NCBI GenBank assembly: GCA_963749075.1
Contig: CAVVLJ010000022.1
Location: forward strand, 64,001-128,000
Direction: 5' to 3'
Length of the DNA: 64,000 bases
From: an uncultured Pseudomonadota bacterium
GTDB taxonomy: Bacteria > Pseudomonadota > Alphaproteobacteria > JACZXZ01
Part shown: one piece after another, positions 51,075-64,000 of the stretch
How the letters are laid out: every line of letters starts with the position of its first letter
Numbering within the stretch: position 1 is the first letter of the stretch
Notes under the pieces: generated by a model
What the model saw: only the letters and a program-made list of their open reading frames with translations
The model's database searches: none
What the model was told of the DNA's origin: nothing
Translations under genes and position numbers: made by a program

Positions 51075-51389
51075 ATGACATTGCGTCCGTTGCAAGACCG
51101 CGTCCTCATCCGGCGCGTCGAGCCGGAGGCGAAGACCTCCGGCGGCATCATCATTCCGGACACCGCGCAGGAAAAGCCGATGGAAGGCGAAGTCGTCGCC
51201 GTCGGCGCCGGCGCGCGCGATGCGGATGGCCGGCTGCACCCGCTCGACGTCAAGGCGGGCGACCGCGTGCTGTTCGCGAAGTGGTCGGGCAGCGAGTTCA
51301 AGCTCGATGGCGAGGACCTCATCATCATGAAGGAATCCGACATCATGGGCGTGATCGATCGGGCCGCCGCGAAGAAGAAAGCCGCTTAA
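51075..51389 (+). CDS. groES: co-chaperonin GroES
   Basis: [31 protein letters not shown]. Confidence 0.98.
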   Translation: MTLRPLQDRVLIRRVEPEAKTSGGIIIPDTAQEKPMEGEVVAVGAGARDADGRLHPLDVKAGDRVLFAKWSGSEFKLDGEDLIIMKESDIMGVIDRAAAKKKAA

Positions 51390-53051
<1,662 letters not shown>

Positions 53052-53162
53052 GAGCAAACGACCCCTGCTGGCTGCGGCATCCGCACGATCTGGCGGATGC
53101 CGAACGGGCATTCGGCGTTCCGCTCGACGCGCCGCTCATTCGCCCCGCCGCCCCTGCTCCCG

Positions 53163-53844
53163 TCACGGCAGGCCGGCGCCCCGTGCCGCGGCCGGCAGGA
53201 CATAGGCCGCGATGGCCCAGAAATGGAGTGCGGCCCCCACCACGACGAAGACGTGCCAGATCGCGTTGTGGAAGGGCAAGCTCTTCCAGCGATACATCAG
53301 GATGCCCGAGGTATAGGCGACCCCGCCTGCGACGATGAGCGCAAGGCCCGTCGGCCCCATGGTGCCGAGCAGCGGCCGGTACCACGCGAGGCCGAGCCAG
53401 CCCATCGCCACATAGATCGGGATCGACAGCCGGTGGAGGCGCCTGATCCAGAACATCCGGGCGGCGACGCCGAGGAGCGCAAGGACCCATTCGATCGCCA
53501 CCAACGGGATGCCGCCCCGCTCGCGCAGTGCGATGAGGCCGACCGGCGTGTAGGTCCCGGCGATCAAGATGAAAATGGCGCAATGGTCGAGCGTCGCCGC
53601 AATCCAGACGCGCGCTCCGTGCGGGCGTCCGTGGTAGAGGGCCGAGCTCGCAAAGGCGAAGAATCAGGCTCGCACCATAGACGGCGACGGCGAAGACCGT
53701 CCGCCCTTCGCTCTCGACCGGCAGCGAGCGCAAGAGTGCGACGAGTCCCGCGGCGCTCAGAACGGCCGCAGCACCGTGAATGAGCGCGCTGAGGAGGCTC
53801 GAGCGGTGAAGTTTCGTCGGGCCTGCCAGGTCGAGTTCGCTCAT
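53163..53844 (-). CDS. hemolysin III/PAQR membrane protein, +1 frameshift at about 53659
   Basis: SALYH, LDHCAIFILIAGTYTP, YVAMGW, HNAIWHVFV. Confidence 0.88.
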
Positions 53845-54011
53845 GGTAGCGCTTGCCGCCGTTTATTCCGCATCATAGCCTGGTCAACGTTCGGGCCATC
53901 CGCAGAGCGTCGGGAAGCGGCAAATGCCGCCGCCTCGCCCCCTTGCCGAATAAGATCGCATTCACGCCGCAAAAAGCATAGACTCCGCTATCCTCCATCA
54001 CAGGAGCCGCC

Positions 54012-54317
54012 GTGACCAGCGAGGAAGGCCACATTCGGGTTGTGGCGCGCCAGGCCGTCTGCGCCATGGTCGGCCGTCATATCGAAGTATCGGTCGATGC
54101 CGATCGGGTGCTGCGGCTGATACCGCCGAATGGGGCGGGCGCCGAGGTTCGTGTCGAGATGCTGGGCCCCGTCGGTGCGCCGGAGCGCAGCAACGTCACG
54201 GTATCGGCCAAAGCGGAGGCGGCGGCGTGGGGCATCGACGAGATCGTGAGTGCCGCGCGCCGTGCTGCAGACAGGATATTGATCAAGAATCCCTCCTGGC
54301 GCCGGACATTGGCATGA
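54012..54317 (+). CDS. hypothetical protein
   Basis: AGGAG RBS before GTG; codon bias. Confidence 0.5.
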   Translation: MTSEEGHIRVVARQAVCAMVGRHIEVSVDADRVLRLIPPNGAGAEVRVEMLGPVGAPERSNVTVSAKAEAAAWGIDEIVSAARRAADRILIKNPSWRRTLA

Positions 54318-54549
54318 CCCACGCCGCATCGTGAGCAGCTTCGCCGCACTTTCACCCGCCTCCGGGCGGCGGGAAACGGGGCACCCGGCGCCGCCGGAAT
54401 ACGGCACGCCGCTCGCGGCAGCTTGCAAATCTGGAGCTCGATCGCCATTTCGATGTCATCCCGCCGCTTGACGAGAGACTGGCCGTTGTCCGGAGCCGAT
54501 GCGTCCCGGACGGAAGACTCCGATATCTCCACCCCAGAGAAGGCTCAAA

Positions 54550-54759
54550 ATGCACGCGCACAAGTATAAGGTCGGACAGAAGGTCAGGTTCTTTCAGCGC
54601 TCGATCAGCCTTCTGCCGCGGCCGGGCAATCCCGAAGCCTCTCCCGAGCGCTATGAGATCGCCCGGCTTCTGCCCAGCAATGGTGCCGAGTTTCAGTATC
54701 GCATCAAGGGATGCACCAAGGGGCAGGAGCGCGTCGTGACGGAAAGCGAGATCGGATGA
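54550..54759 (+). CDS. small hypothetical protein (SH3-like beta pattern)
   Basis: HKYKVGQKV..YEIARLLP..QYRIK..ERVVTESEI. Confidence 0.75.
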   Translation: MHAHKYKVGQKVRFFQRSISLLPRPGNPEASPERYEIARLLPSNGAEFQYRIKGCTKGQERVVTESEIG

Positions 54760-54938
54760 CGGCCGCCTCGCGGCCGCTCGGCCTCTCTCGCAAGTTGCCC
54801 GTGATACGGTCGTCGCCGGCGGCGCATGAAGCCGACGGCTCATGAGCTTGCGAAAAATCCGCCAGCCGGCCGGCCGCGAGAGGCTGAGAGCCGCCCACCC
54901 CATCGAGAAAGATCCAGCATGAAAAACGCACGCAGACA

Positions 54939-55232
54939 GTGCCTAGGAGCACGAAGACGCCCTCAAAGAGCGCGGCCCGCGCGGCCGCGGGCAAGCTGAT
55001 GGCCGACGATCGAGACGGCAAGGCAAAGGGCGGGGCGCCGGCCAGCGGGCTGCCCACGGACGAGGAAATCGAGGCAGCTGCCGATCGCTTGGGTGCGGAT
55101 TGGCTGCGCGGCGCCGCGCGGCCGCACGCCGCCGGGGCGAGCCGGATCGTTCAGAACCTCGCGCATGGCCGCGCGCATCCCGTGACGGTGGAGATCAGGC
55201 GCTTGCCGCAGCGCCCCGCCAAACCGCGCTGA
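54939..55232 (+). CDS. hypothetical protein with an IF-2-associated-region-like motif
   Basis: RIVQNLAHGRAHPVTVEIRR. Confidence 0.55.
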   Translation: MPRSTKTPSKSAARAAAGKLMADDRDGKAKGGAPASGLPTDEEIEAAADRLGADWLRGAARPHAAGASRIVQNLAHGRAHPVTVEIRRLPQRPAKPR

Positions 55233-55278
55233 CGCTGGCGATTTTCCCCCTCTGCCCGACGCCTGCCGCGGAAGAAGC

Positions 55279-55483
55279 TTGACATTTCCGCGCCGATCAC
55301 CATTTATGCAGGCAGATTACTCGCGATCGCGCGAGGGGCTTCCGCACAGCGGGGCCGACCTTTCACGAGATAATCCTCAAAACCTCCGTTCCTCCAATGC
55401 GCATGGACGACGGCAAAGCGCCAGCGGCCATGCGCGTCCTGATGGGCGTGCCTTTTGCGGCGCCATAAGGACAACTGCATCTC
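55279..55483 (+). promoter_or_regulatory. sigma70-like promoter (TTGACA at 55279) and long leader of the helicase gene
   Basis: TTGACA followed by an AT-rich -10 region, about 170 nt upstream of the ATG. Confidence 0.45.
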
Positions 55484-56761
55484 ATGAGCAATACGACTTT
55501 CACCACACTTGGCCTCGTCGAGCCGATTCTCCGTTCGCTCGAGGCCGAGGGCTACAAGGCGCCCACGCCCATCCAGGCGCGGGCCATTCCGCCGCTCCTT
55601 GCCGGCAAAGATCTGCTCGGCATAGCGCAGACGGGAACCGGCAAGACGGCGGCCTTCGCACTTCCGCTCCTCCAGCATCTCTCGCAGTCCGCCGGGCGGG
55701 CGCAACCGCGCGGCGCGCGCGCCCTCATCCTGGCGCCGACGCGCGAGCTCGCCATTCAGATCGCCGACGCCCTCTCCGCCTACGGCCGGCATCTCAAGCT
55801 GCGCCACGCCGTCATCCTGGGCGGCGTCCCCCAGGGCCGCCAGGTCAAGGCGCTCGCCGGCGGCGTCGATGTCGTCGTCGCGACGCCCGGCCGGCTGCTC
55901 GATCTCGTCGATCAGCGCTATCTCCGCCTCGACGGCGTCTCCCGGCTCGTGCTCGACGAAGCCGACCGCATGCTCGACATCGGCTTCATTCACGCCATCC
56001 GCAAGATCGTGGCACTGCTGCCGCGCCAGCGTCAAAGCATCATGTTCTCGGCGACCATGCCGGCCGATGTCGAGCGGCTCGCGCGCGACATCCTGCACGA
56101 TCCGGTCCGTATCGCGGTGACGCCGTCGGCGACCACGGTCGATCTTGTCGAGCAGCGCGTGATGCACGTCGACGCGAAGCAGAAGCGCGCCGTGCTCGCC
56201 GAGCTGTTCGCCGATCGGTCGCTCTCGCGGGTTCTCGTCTTCACGCGCACGAAGCATGGCGCCAATCGCGTGGCCGAGCATCTCGACCGCTCCGGCATCG
56301 CCGCCGAAGCCATCCATGGCAACAAGTCGCAAGGTGCCCGTCAGCGCGCCCTGGAGAACTTCAAGCTTGGCGCTGCGCGTGCGCTCGTGGCGACCGACAT
56401 CGCGGCGCGCGGCATCGACATCGACGACGTGACCCACGTCATCAATTTCGAGCTGCCCAATGAGCCCGAGACCTACGTGCACCGCATCGGCAGGACCGCG
56501 CGCGCGGGCGCCCGCGGCATCGCCGTCTCGCTCTGCGATGCGTCGGAGACCGATTACCTGCGCCGCATCGAGAAACTGACGGGCTGCCGCATCGGGATCG
56601 TCGGAGGCACGGGCCAGGCGCCGCCAAGCCCGAGCCGGGATGGACAGCCGTTCCGTCAAACGAAACCCGCCCAAGCGAGGGCGCACCAGGAAAAGGGCTT
56701 CCGGCACAGAGGCCGTCAGCGCTTCCAGCGCCGCTCCGACACGGCCCGCGCCGGGATCTAG
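55484..56761 (+). CDS. rhlE: DEAD-box RNA helicase (RhlE-like)
   Basis: [35 protein letters not shown]. Confidence 0.93.
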   Translation: MSNTTFTTLGLVEPILRSLEAEGYKAPTPIQARAIPPLLAGKDLLGIAQTGTGKTAAFALPLLQHLSQSAGRAQPRGARALILAPTRELAIQIADALSAYGRHLKLRHAVILGGVPQGRQVKALAGGVDVVVATPGRLLDLVDQRYLRLDGVSRLVLDEADRMLDIGFIHAIRKIVALLPRQRQSIMFSATMPADVERLARDILHDPVRIAVTPSATTVDLVEQRVMHVDAKQKRAVLAELFADRSLSRVLVFTRTKHGANRVAEHLDRSGIAAEAIHGNKSQGARQRALENFKLGAARALVATDIAARGIDIDDVTHVINFELPNEPETYVHRIGRTARAGARGIAVSLCDASETDYLRRIEKLTGCRIGIVGGTGQAPPSPSRDGQPFRQTKPAQARAHQEKGFRHRGRQRFQRRSDTARAGI

Positions 56762-56806
56762 GCTGGCTACTCCAAAGTTCGTTGGAGGCGGCCGAACACC
56801 TTTCTT

Positions 56807-56891
56807 CGTCGCTCCCGCGAAAGCGGGAGTCCGGTCCGAGCCGGCGTTCTACCGGAACACCGCCTGGATGCCCGCTTTCGCGGGCATGACG
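56807..56891. repeat. REP/RPE-like palindromic element
   Basis: CGTC..CCCGCGAAAGCGGG..TCC / GGATGCCCGCTTTCGCGGGCATGACG paired palindromes. Confidence 0.8.
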
Positions 56892-57018
56892 CGCGCTCGA
56901 CCGGACTTGTTTTTGTGCGCCTCCATAGCAATCTATGGTGGATGCTCCAGTAACGCGCCCGGCCTGAAGATCAATTCCCGGTGTTGGCTGCGCCGTCCGC
57001 GGGGCAAGGAGAGACGCA

Positions 57019-57417
57019 ATGAAACGCTTGCTACTCGCGGCCGAACACGGCGACGCCGGTGCCCAATTCAATGTTGGCATCCTCTATGACAACCGGCTGG
57101 ACGACAATGGCCACCCCACTGCGGGCAACCGGCCGGAGTCGATCAAGTGGCTGCTCAGGGCCGCTCAGCAAGGATTGGCTCGCGCGCAAAACAGGCTCGC
57201 GGAGATCTACGCCGAGGACACCGATGCGCCGGGGGACCGCGTCAAGGCTTGCGTCTGGTTTCTTCTGGCGGCGGCGAACCTGAGCGGCGCTCATCGCCAG
57301 GCGGCGCAGTCGGGATACGAGCGGCTTGCCAAGGAGATGACGCCTGCGCAGATCGCGAAAGTGCGGCGTCTCGCGCGGCTCTGGAAGCCGACGGCGCCGG
57401 ACAAGGCGGCCGGTTAG
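57019..57417 (+). CDS. Sel1-like repeat protein
   Basis: AAEHGDAGAQFNVG, WLLRAAQQG..AQ, MTPAQIA. Confidence 0.88.
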   Translation: MKRLLLAAEHGDAGAQFNVGILYDNRLDDNGHPTAGNRPESIKWLLRAAQQGLARAQNRLAEIYAEDTDAPGDRVKACVWFLLAAANLSGAHRQAAQSGYERLAKEMTPAQIAKVRRLARLWKPTAPDKAAG

Positions 57418-57456
57418 CCGGCGTGGGTCAACGCGGGCCGTCGAAGGTGGGTGACT

Positions 57457-57747
57457 ATGACGGACGATCCGGTCGAGCTCGATGAGCACCGCGGCATGAT
57501 GGCCCAGAAGTCCACCGAGATCCGCCGGCGTCTCCACGAGGTGCAGGCCAACCAGACGGCGCTGCGGCATCGGCAGGAGGAATTCGAGAAGTTTCTCCTC
57601 GCCGCTCCCGCGGCGACGTGGCTGGAGGCGGCGGTGAAGGCGCGCTATCTCCTTCAGCTCTTTGCCGCCACCCCGGATGCTCAAGACCCGCGCCGCAAAG
57701 AGCTCATCGCGAGCGTGCTGGACGACCTCGCGCGGTTATCCGAATAA
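57457..57747 (+). CDS. hypothetical coiled-coil protein
   Basis: MTDDPVELDEHRGMMAQK..PAATWLEAAVKARYLL; codon bias. Confidence 0.8.
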   Translation: MTDDPVELDEHRGMMAQKSTEIRRRLHEVQANQTALRHRQEEFEKFLLAAPAATWLEAAVKARYLLQLFAATPDAQDPRRKELIASVLDDLARLSE

Positions 57748-57821
57748 TGGAGATCATTGCCGGGAGGTGACGGCCGGCTGGGCGGCCGATCTTGGCACGC
57801 TCGACGCGTGGAGAGCAACGA

Positions 57822-60800
57822 TTGTCAATCCTTCATGCCTTCAAGCGTCCGCCGACACCCTCCCCCTGGTCGAACGAAGAGCCAGTCCGCGCGGATCTCT
57901 TCAGCATCGAGCGCCTCGAGCAGCATGCCAAGAGCCTCGCGGCCGCAGAAGGCGTTGCGCCAAAGCCGGGGGCCGGCCGGCCGCTTGCGGCACGGCTGCG
58001 AGACAACGGCCGGGCTCTGCTCGAAGCCTATCGCACGATCGCCAAGGGTACTCGCGAGGAGCATCCGATAACGCCCGCCGCCGAGTGGCTGATCGACAAT
58101 GTTCACGTCGTCGACGAGCAAATCCGCAAAATCAAGGACGATCTCCCACCCGGCTTCTACCGCCAGCTTCCTAAGCTCGCGGGCGGGCCGTTGGAGGGGT
58201 ATCCGCGCGTGTTCGGTCTGGCCTGGGCCTTCATCGCCCACACTGACAGCCGCTATGACCCGGAGACCCTGTTTCGCTTCGTGCAAGCATACCAGTCCGT
58301 GCAGCCGCTCACGATCGGCGAGCTCTGGGCGGTCGCGATCACGTTGCGGATCGTCCTCGTGGAGAATTTGCGGCGTCTCGCCGATGGCATCGTAAAACGC
58401 CGAACGGCACGGCGGGAAGCCGATATCCTGGCCGATCGCCTGTTGGGCGTCGGCAGCGAGGAAGCGGAACCGGCGGCGGAGGTCCTGTCCGGCCTCGATC
58501 CGGCCTCATTGTCGGTGGCCTTCGTTGCACAGCTGGTGCAACGCTTGCGCGATCAGGATCCGAGGGTGACGCCGGCCGTCCTGTGGTTGGACGAACGCCT
58601 GGCCGCTCGGCGAACGACCGCCGACGAAATCGTCCGAGAGGAGCACCAGAGGCAGGGTGCGACGAACGTGACGATCCGCAACATCATCACGAGCATGCGC
58701 CTCATATCGGACGTCGACTGGCCGGAGTTTTTCGAGAGCGTCAGTCTAATCGATGCGACGCTGCGCGCCGGCAGCAATTTCGCTGAAATGGACTTTCCCA
58801 CGCGCGATCTCTACCGGCGCGCGATAGAAGAGATGGCGCGCGGTTCGGGGCGCTCGGAGCTCGAACGTCGCTCGGCGCGCGCTGTTGGCTGCCGAGCGCG
58901 CATCGCACGACCCCGGGTACTACCTCATCGCGAAAGGGCGGCGCCGCTTCGAGAAGGAGCTCGGATATCGCGTCTCGATGGGAGGAAGGCTCGCTCGGGC
59001 CAATGCGGCCATCGGGATCGCGGGATACGTCGGGACGATCGCCATCGTCATCGCGATCATCGTTGCTCTGACGTTGTTCTGCACAACGGGCTCCGGAAGC
59101 AGCTGGGCGCTTTGCGCGCTGGTCCTCCTCGCCTTGATTCCGGCATCGGACGCGGCGCTCGCGCTGGTGAATCGCGGCGCCATGGACCTGATCGGTGCCA
59201 CGGTCCTGCCCGGTCTCGAGCTTCGCGGCGGCATACCGCGGCAGCTCAGAACGATGGTCGTCATCCCCACGCTGCTCACAACACGCGCCGCCCTCGAGGA
59301 GCAGATCGAGCGCCTCGAGGTCCACCATCTGGCGAGCCCGGACGGGGACATCCGCTTTGCCCTGCTCTCGGACTGGACCGACTCGGCCGCGGAGCATGCG
59401 CCGGGCGACGACGAGCTATTCGACGCGGCCGTCGACGGGATCGCGCAGTTGAACCGGCGGCACGAACCGGCGCCGGATGGCGACCGGTTCTTGCTGCTCC
59501 ACCGCCGAAGGGTGTGGAACGAGGGCCAGAGAAAGTGGATTGGATGGGAGCGGAAGCGCGGCAAGCTTCACGAGCTCAATCGATTGCTTCGCGGTGCCTC
59601 CGACACGACCTTCCTGGCGGCCGGCGGCGGGACCCCCGTGGTGCCCGACGGCGTTCGCTACGTCATTACTCTTGATGGCGACACGCGTCTGCCGAGGTCG
59701 GCCGCAAAGCGGCTTGTCGGGAAGATGGCCCATCCGCTCAATCGTCCGCTCTTCGATGCCGCAACCAGCCGCGTCGTTGACGGGCATGCCGTGCTCCAGC
59801 CGCGGGTTACGCCGTCCCTGCCGGTCGCCCGCGAGGGTTCGTTCTTCCAGCGTGTCTACTCGAGCTCGGGCGGGCTCGACCCTTACGCCTTCGCGGTCTC
59901 GGACGTGTACCAGGATCTCTTCGGGGAAGGTTCGTACTCGGGCAAGGGGATTTACGATGTGGACGCCTTCGAGGCCGCCTTGGAAGGGAGAGTCCCGGAC
60001 AGCACGCTCTTGAGCCACGACCTCTTCGAGGGAACCTTCGCTCGTGCCGGCCTTTGTTCGGACATTGAGGTCGTTGAGGAATTTCCATCGCGTTACAACG
60101 TCGCCGCGGCGCGCCAGCATCGGTGGGCGCGCGGCGATTGGCAGTTGTTTGCTTGGATTTTCGGCCGCGGTCCGGACTCGAACAGCGCCCCGGGCCGGTC
60201 CGCGATGCCGCTGATCGGGCGCTGGAAGATGTTGGACAACCTGCGCCGGACGCTATCGGCGCCAGCCGCGTTTGTCGCATTGCTGGGAGGGTGGATCCTG
60301 CCCTTTGCTTCCGCCGCGGCCTGGAGCGGGTTTGTTCTTGCCACGATCGCGACGCCCGCTCTCCTTCCCGTTCTCGCGGGCATCGCACCCCGTCGACGCG
60401 GCATCTCAGTGCGGAGCCACGTGTTCGCCGTCGGTTCCGATCTCAAGCTCGCGCTGTCGCAGGTCATACTCCAGGCGATCCTGCTGGCCCATCAGGCATG
60501 GCTGATGGCAGACGCCATCGGCCGAACGCTATTTCGCCGGTTCGTCTCGCATCGGAACCTGCTCGAATGGATCGCCGCCGCGCAGGCAAGAATCAGCCCG
60601 CGGCTCGATCTTGGCGGGTTCTATCGGCAGATGGCAGGCGGCGTGGCGCTCGCTGCCGCGGCGGGGGCTCTCGTGGCATGGGCGCGGCCAGGCTCCTGGC
60701 CGATCGCGGCGCCGTTCGTGGCTCTGTGGCTGGTGTCGCCCGCCGTCGCGCGGTGGGCGAGCCTGCCGCCCGGCACCGGAGTCCGCAAGCCTATTTCCGC

Positions 60801-63800
60801 AGCGGACGCACGATCGCTGCGCCTGATCGCGCGACGCACCTGGCGCTTCTTCGAGACCTTCGTCACCGCCGAAGATCACATGCTTCCCCCCGACAACTTT
60901 CAGGAAGTGCCGAAGCCGGTGCTGGCCCATCGGACCTCCCCCACGAATCTCGGCCTCTACCTCCTGTCCGTCGTTGCTGCCCGAGAATTCGGCTGGCTGG
61001 CGACGCTCGACGCGGTGGACCGACTGGAGGCGACACTGGGGACGATGGACGGCCTCGAGCGCTTTCGCGGGCACTTCTACAACTGGTACGAAACGCGCGA
61101 GCTGCGTCCTTTGGATCCGAAATACATCTCCTCGGTCGATAGCGGAAATCTCGCCGGGCACCTGATCGCCCTCTTGAATTATTGCAGAGGGAGGATCGAC
61201 CGTCCCGTCGCGGGCCCCGAGTGGGTCGCTGGCATCGAAGATGCGTTGGCGCTCGCGCGCGAATCGCTGTGTGCACTCCCCGATCGCGGTCAGCGGCAGT
61301 CCGAGGCTGAGGGGCGGTTGGACGCGGCGCTCGACGCCCTGACCGCGTTGCTCAAAGGGGCTCCTGCGACCGCGACGGGCGTGGTGCTGCAATTGGCAGA
61401 GCTTGCGCATTGCGCCGACGGCGTTGCCGCACTCGCACGAACCTTGGCCGAGGAGCGGGGCGGCGATGGCAGCGCCGACGTTTTGATCTGGGCGGAGGCC
61501 ATGCGCGCATCCATCCGGAGCCATCTGCGCGACATCGAGCTGTTACTGCCTTGGGCGAGTCTGCTCGCGGGTGATGACGGATTTGTCGCAGCGATCATGG
61601 ATCGAAACGCCGCTCCCGAGGATGCGCTGGGGCCTTTCCTCGCCACGATCCCGACCCTCGCCGATTTACCCGATCATTGCGAGGCGGCGATCCGCACTCT
61701 GGCACATCGCCGTGCGCAGCTTGCGGCAGAGACCGCCGCCGGAGACGGCGCACGCGCGAAACTCGACGCTCTGGTTGAGGCCCTCGAAGGCTCCGCTCGC
61801 GCCGCAAGGGCGCTGGAAGGGCGCCTTGCGGCGCTCGCAACCCTGGCGGGGAAGATGTTCTGGGCCATGGAGTTCGACTTTCTCTTGGACCCCGCGCGTC
61901 TGCTCCTCTCGATCGGGTATCGGGTCGCGGATGGAAGTCTCGACCCCGGCTGCTACGATCTGCTCGCCTCCGAAGCGCGGCTTGCGAGCTTCGTCGCGAT
62001 TGCCAAAGGGGACGCGCCGGCCCGGCACTGGTTTCGGCTCGGGCGGGCCGTTACGCCCGTCGACTATGGCTCTGCGCTGATCTCATGGTCCGGATCGATG
62101 TTCGAATACCTGATGCCGTCGCTGGTGATGCGCGCGCCGGCCGGGAGCCTGCTCGACCAGACCGCCCGGCTGGTGGTCCGCCGGCAGATGAAACATGGCG
62201 CCGCGCTTGGATTGCCTTGGGGTGTATCGGAATCCGCTTACAACGCGCGTGATCTGGAGTTGACCTATCAGTATTTGAGTTTCGGCATTCCGGGCCTGGG
62301 TCTCAAGCGCGGGCTCAGCGAGAACGCCGTCATCGCACCTTACGCGACGGCGCTCGCGGCAATGGTGGACCCGGCGGCCGCCGTAAAGAACTTCTCGGCT
62401 CTGACCGCCGCAGGCGGCCGTGGCGGGTATGGCTGGTACGACGCCCTCGATTACACCCCGACGCGTCTGCCCGAGGGAGAGGAGGTGGCGATTGTCTTCG
62501 CATACATGGCGCACCATCAGGGAATGACCGTGGTGGCCATCGCCAATGCGCTCCGGGATGGCGCCATGCGCGCGTGCTTTCACGCCGAGCCGATCGTTGA
62601 AGCGACGGAGCTCCTGCTGCAAGAGCGGCCGCCCCGAGAACGTCGCGGTCGTTCGGCCGTGGGGCGACGAGGTGCGCTCTGCGGCGCATGTCCGGGAGCG
62701 CGTTCAACCAATGCTGCGCCGGTTTCAATCGCCGCATGACCTCGTCCCTCGTACTCACCTTCTCTCGAACGGCAGTTATGCCGTGATGATTACCAGCGCC
62801 GGCTCGGGATACAGCCGCTGGCGCGATCTGGCCATCACGCGCTGGCGCGCGGACGTCACCTGCGATCCCTGGGGGTCATATATCTTCCTCCGGGATGCAA
62901 AGAGCGGGGAGGTGTGGTCGGCGGGATACCAACCGAGCGGCATCGAGCCGGATCGCTACGACGTGACCTTCTCGGAAGACCGCGCCGAGATCGTCAGGCG
63001 GGATGGCAGGGTTGTGACGTCCCTCGCGATAGCGGTTTCGCCGGAGGACGACGCCGAGGTTCGCCGCGTGTCGATATCGAACCTGGACAATCGCGATCGG
63101 GAAATCGAAGTGACTTCCTACGCCGAGCTTGTCTTGGCGGTGCATGCGGCCGACCTGGCGCATCCCGCCTTTTCCAAGCTGTTCGTGCAAACCGAGTTCG
63201 TCGCCGATGCCGGCACTCTGTTGGCGACGCGCCGGCGCCGATCGCCCAGCGAGCCCGAGGTCTGGGCGGCGCATCTCGCTGTCGTCGAGGGCGAGGCGGT
63301 CGGCGACCTCGAATTCGAGACCGATCGGGCGCGCTTTATCGGGCGCGGATGCGGGATTTCGGCACCGGCCGCCATGATTGAGGGCCGTGCCCTGACCAAC
63401 ACGGCCGGCACCGTACTCGATCCCATTTTCAGTCTACGTCGTCGTGTGACGGTTCCTCCTGGCGGCACGGTGCGCGTCGCGTTCTGGACGCTGGTTGCGT
63501 CCTCGCGCAGTGAATTGCTCGATCTCGCCGACAAGCATCGTGACCCGACGGCCTTCGAGCGGGCGATTACCCTGTCGTGGACTCAGGCGCAAGTGCAGCT
63601 CCAACATCTCGGCGTCTCCTCCGACGAGGCGCACCTCTTCCAACGTCTTGCCAATCGCGTCCTCTACTCTGACCCGACGTTGCGGCCGTCACCCGACAGA
63701 TTGAAGCAAAACTCGCTGGGACCACAGGTGCTGTGGCCCCATGGAATCTCCGGCGATCTGCCCATCGTTCTCGTTCGCATTGATGAGGAGGAGGATCTCG

Positions 63801-64000
63801 TGATCGTGCGCGAGCTGTTGCGCGCCCACGAATATTTGCGGATGAAACAGCTGGCCGTCGATCTGGTGATCCTGAACGAAAGGCCGCCGTCTTACGCTCA
63901 GGACCTGCAGAACGCCTTGGACGCCGTGGTTCGGTCGCATCAGCCGCGACTGCCCGCCGGCGGCGAGGGCACTCGGGGAAAAGTGTTCATCGTGCGCGCA
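57822..64000 (+). CDS. ndvB: cyclic beta-1,2-glucan synthase (Cgs/NdvB/ChvB; GT84 plus GH94-type regions), runs off the window, +1 frameshifts at about 58865 and 62640
   Basis: AEWLIDN, LTIGELWA, WERKRGKL, TLDGDT, GKGIYDV, LSHDLFEG, RQHRWARGDWQ, SWSGSMFEY, LSNGSY. Confidence 0.93.

Noticed and set aside
53075-53102. Hairpin after groEL as an intrinsic terminator
   Set aside because: The 10-bp stem has no U-tract on either strand; function uncertain

Overview
GC-rich window, probably from an alphaproteobacterium (inferred from the TIGR02300, rml, cgs and REP-type content). It has three parts. (1) Bases 1-29469 look like the right portion of a mosaic genomic island. It ends in a tyrosine integrase and the 3' half of a tRNA-Ile(CAT) used as an att site. 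It carries two near-identical IS5-family copies, two XRE paralogues, an rmlCBDA-TolC block, a sugar-acid/amino-acid catabolic cluster, several broken gene fragments and two families of dispersed non-coding repeats. (2) A 1.5-kb integrase-less islet with a BrnT-type toxin-antitoxin pair lies between that att site and a second, degenerate copy. (3) The rest holds two sulfonate/taurine-type ABC clusters with unusual enzymes, cstA-ybdD, a GltD-like protein, an MFS transporter, and a stress block (His-rich protein, desaturase, CIRCE-groESL, PAQR, RhlE, Sel1, cyclic beta-1,2-glucan synthase). Six genes are broken by single +1 base insertions that are probably consensus errors. No CRISPR array, rRNA or intact tRNA was seen. 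All calls rest on motif recognition and hand alignment; no database search was run.
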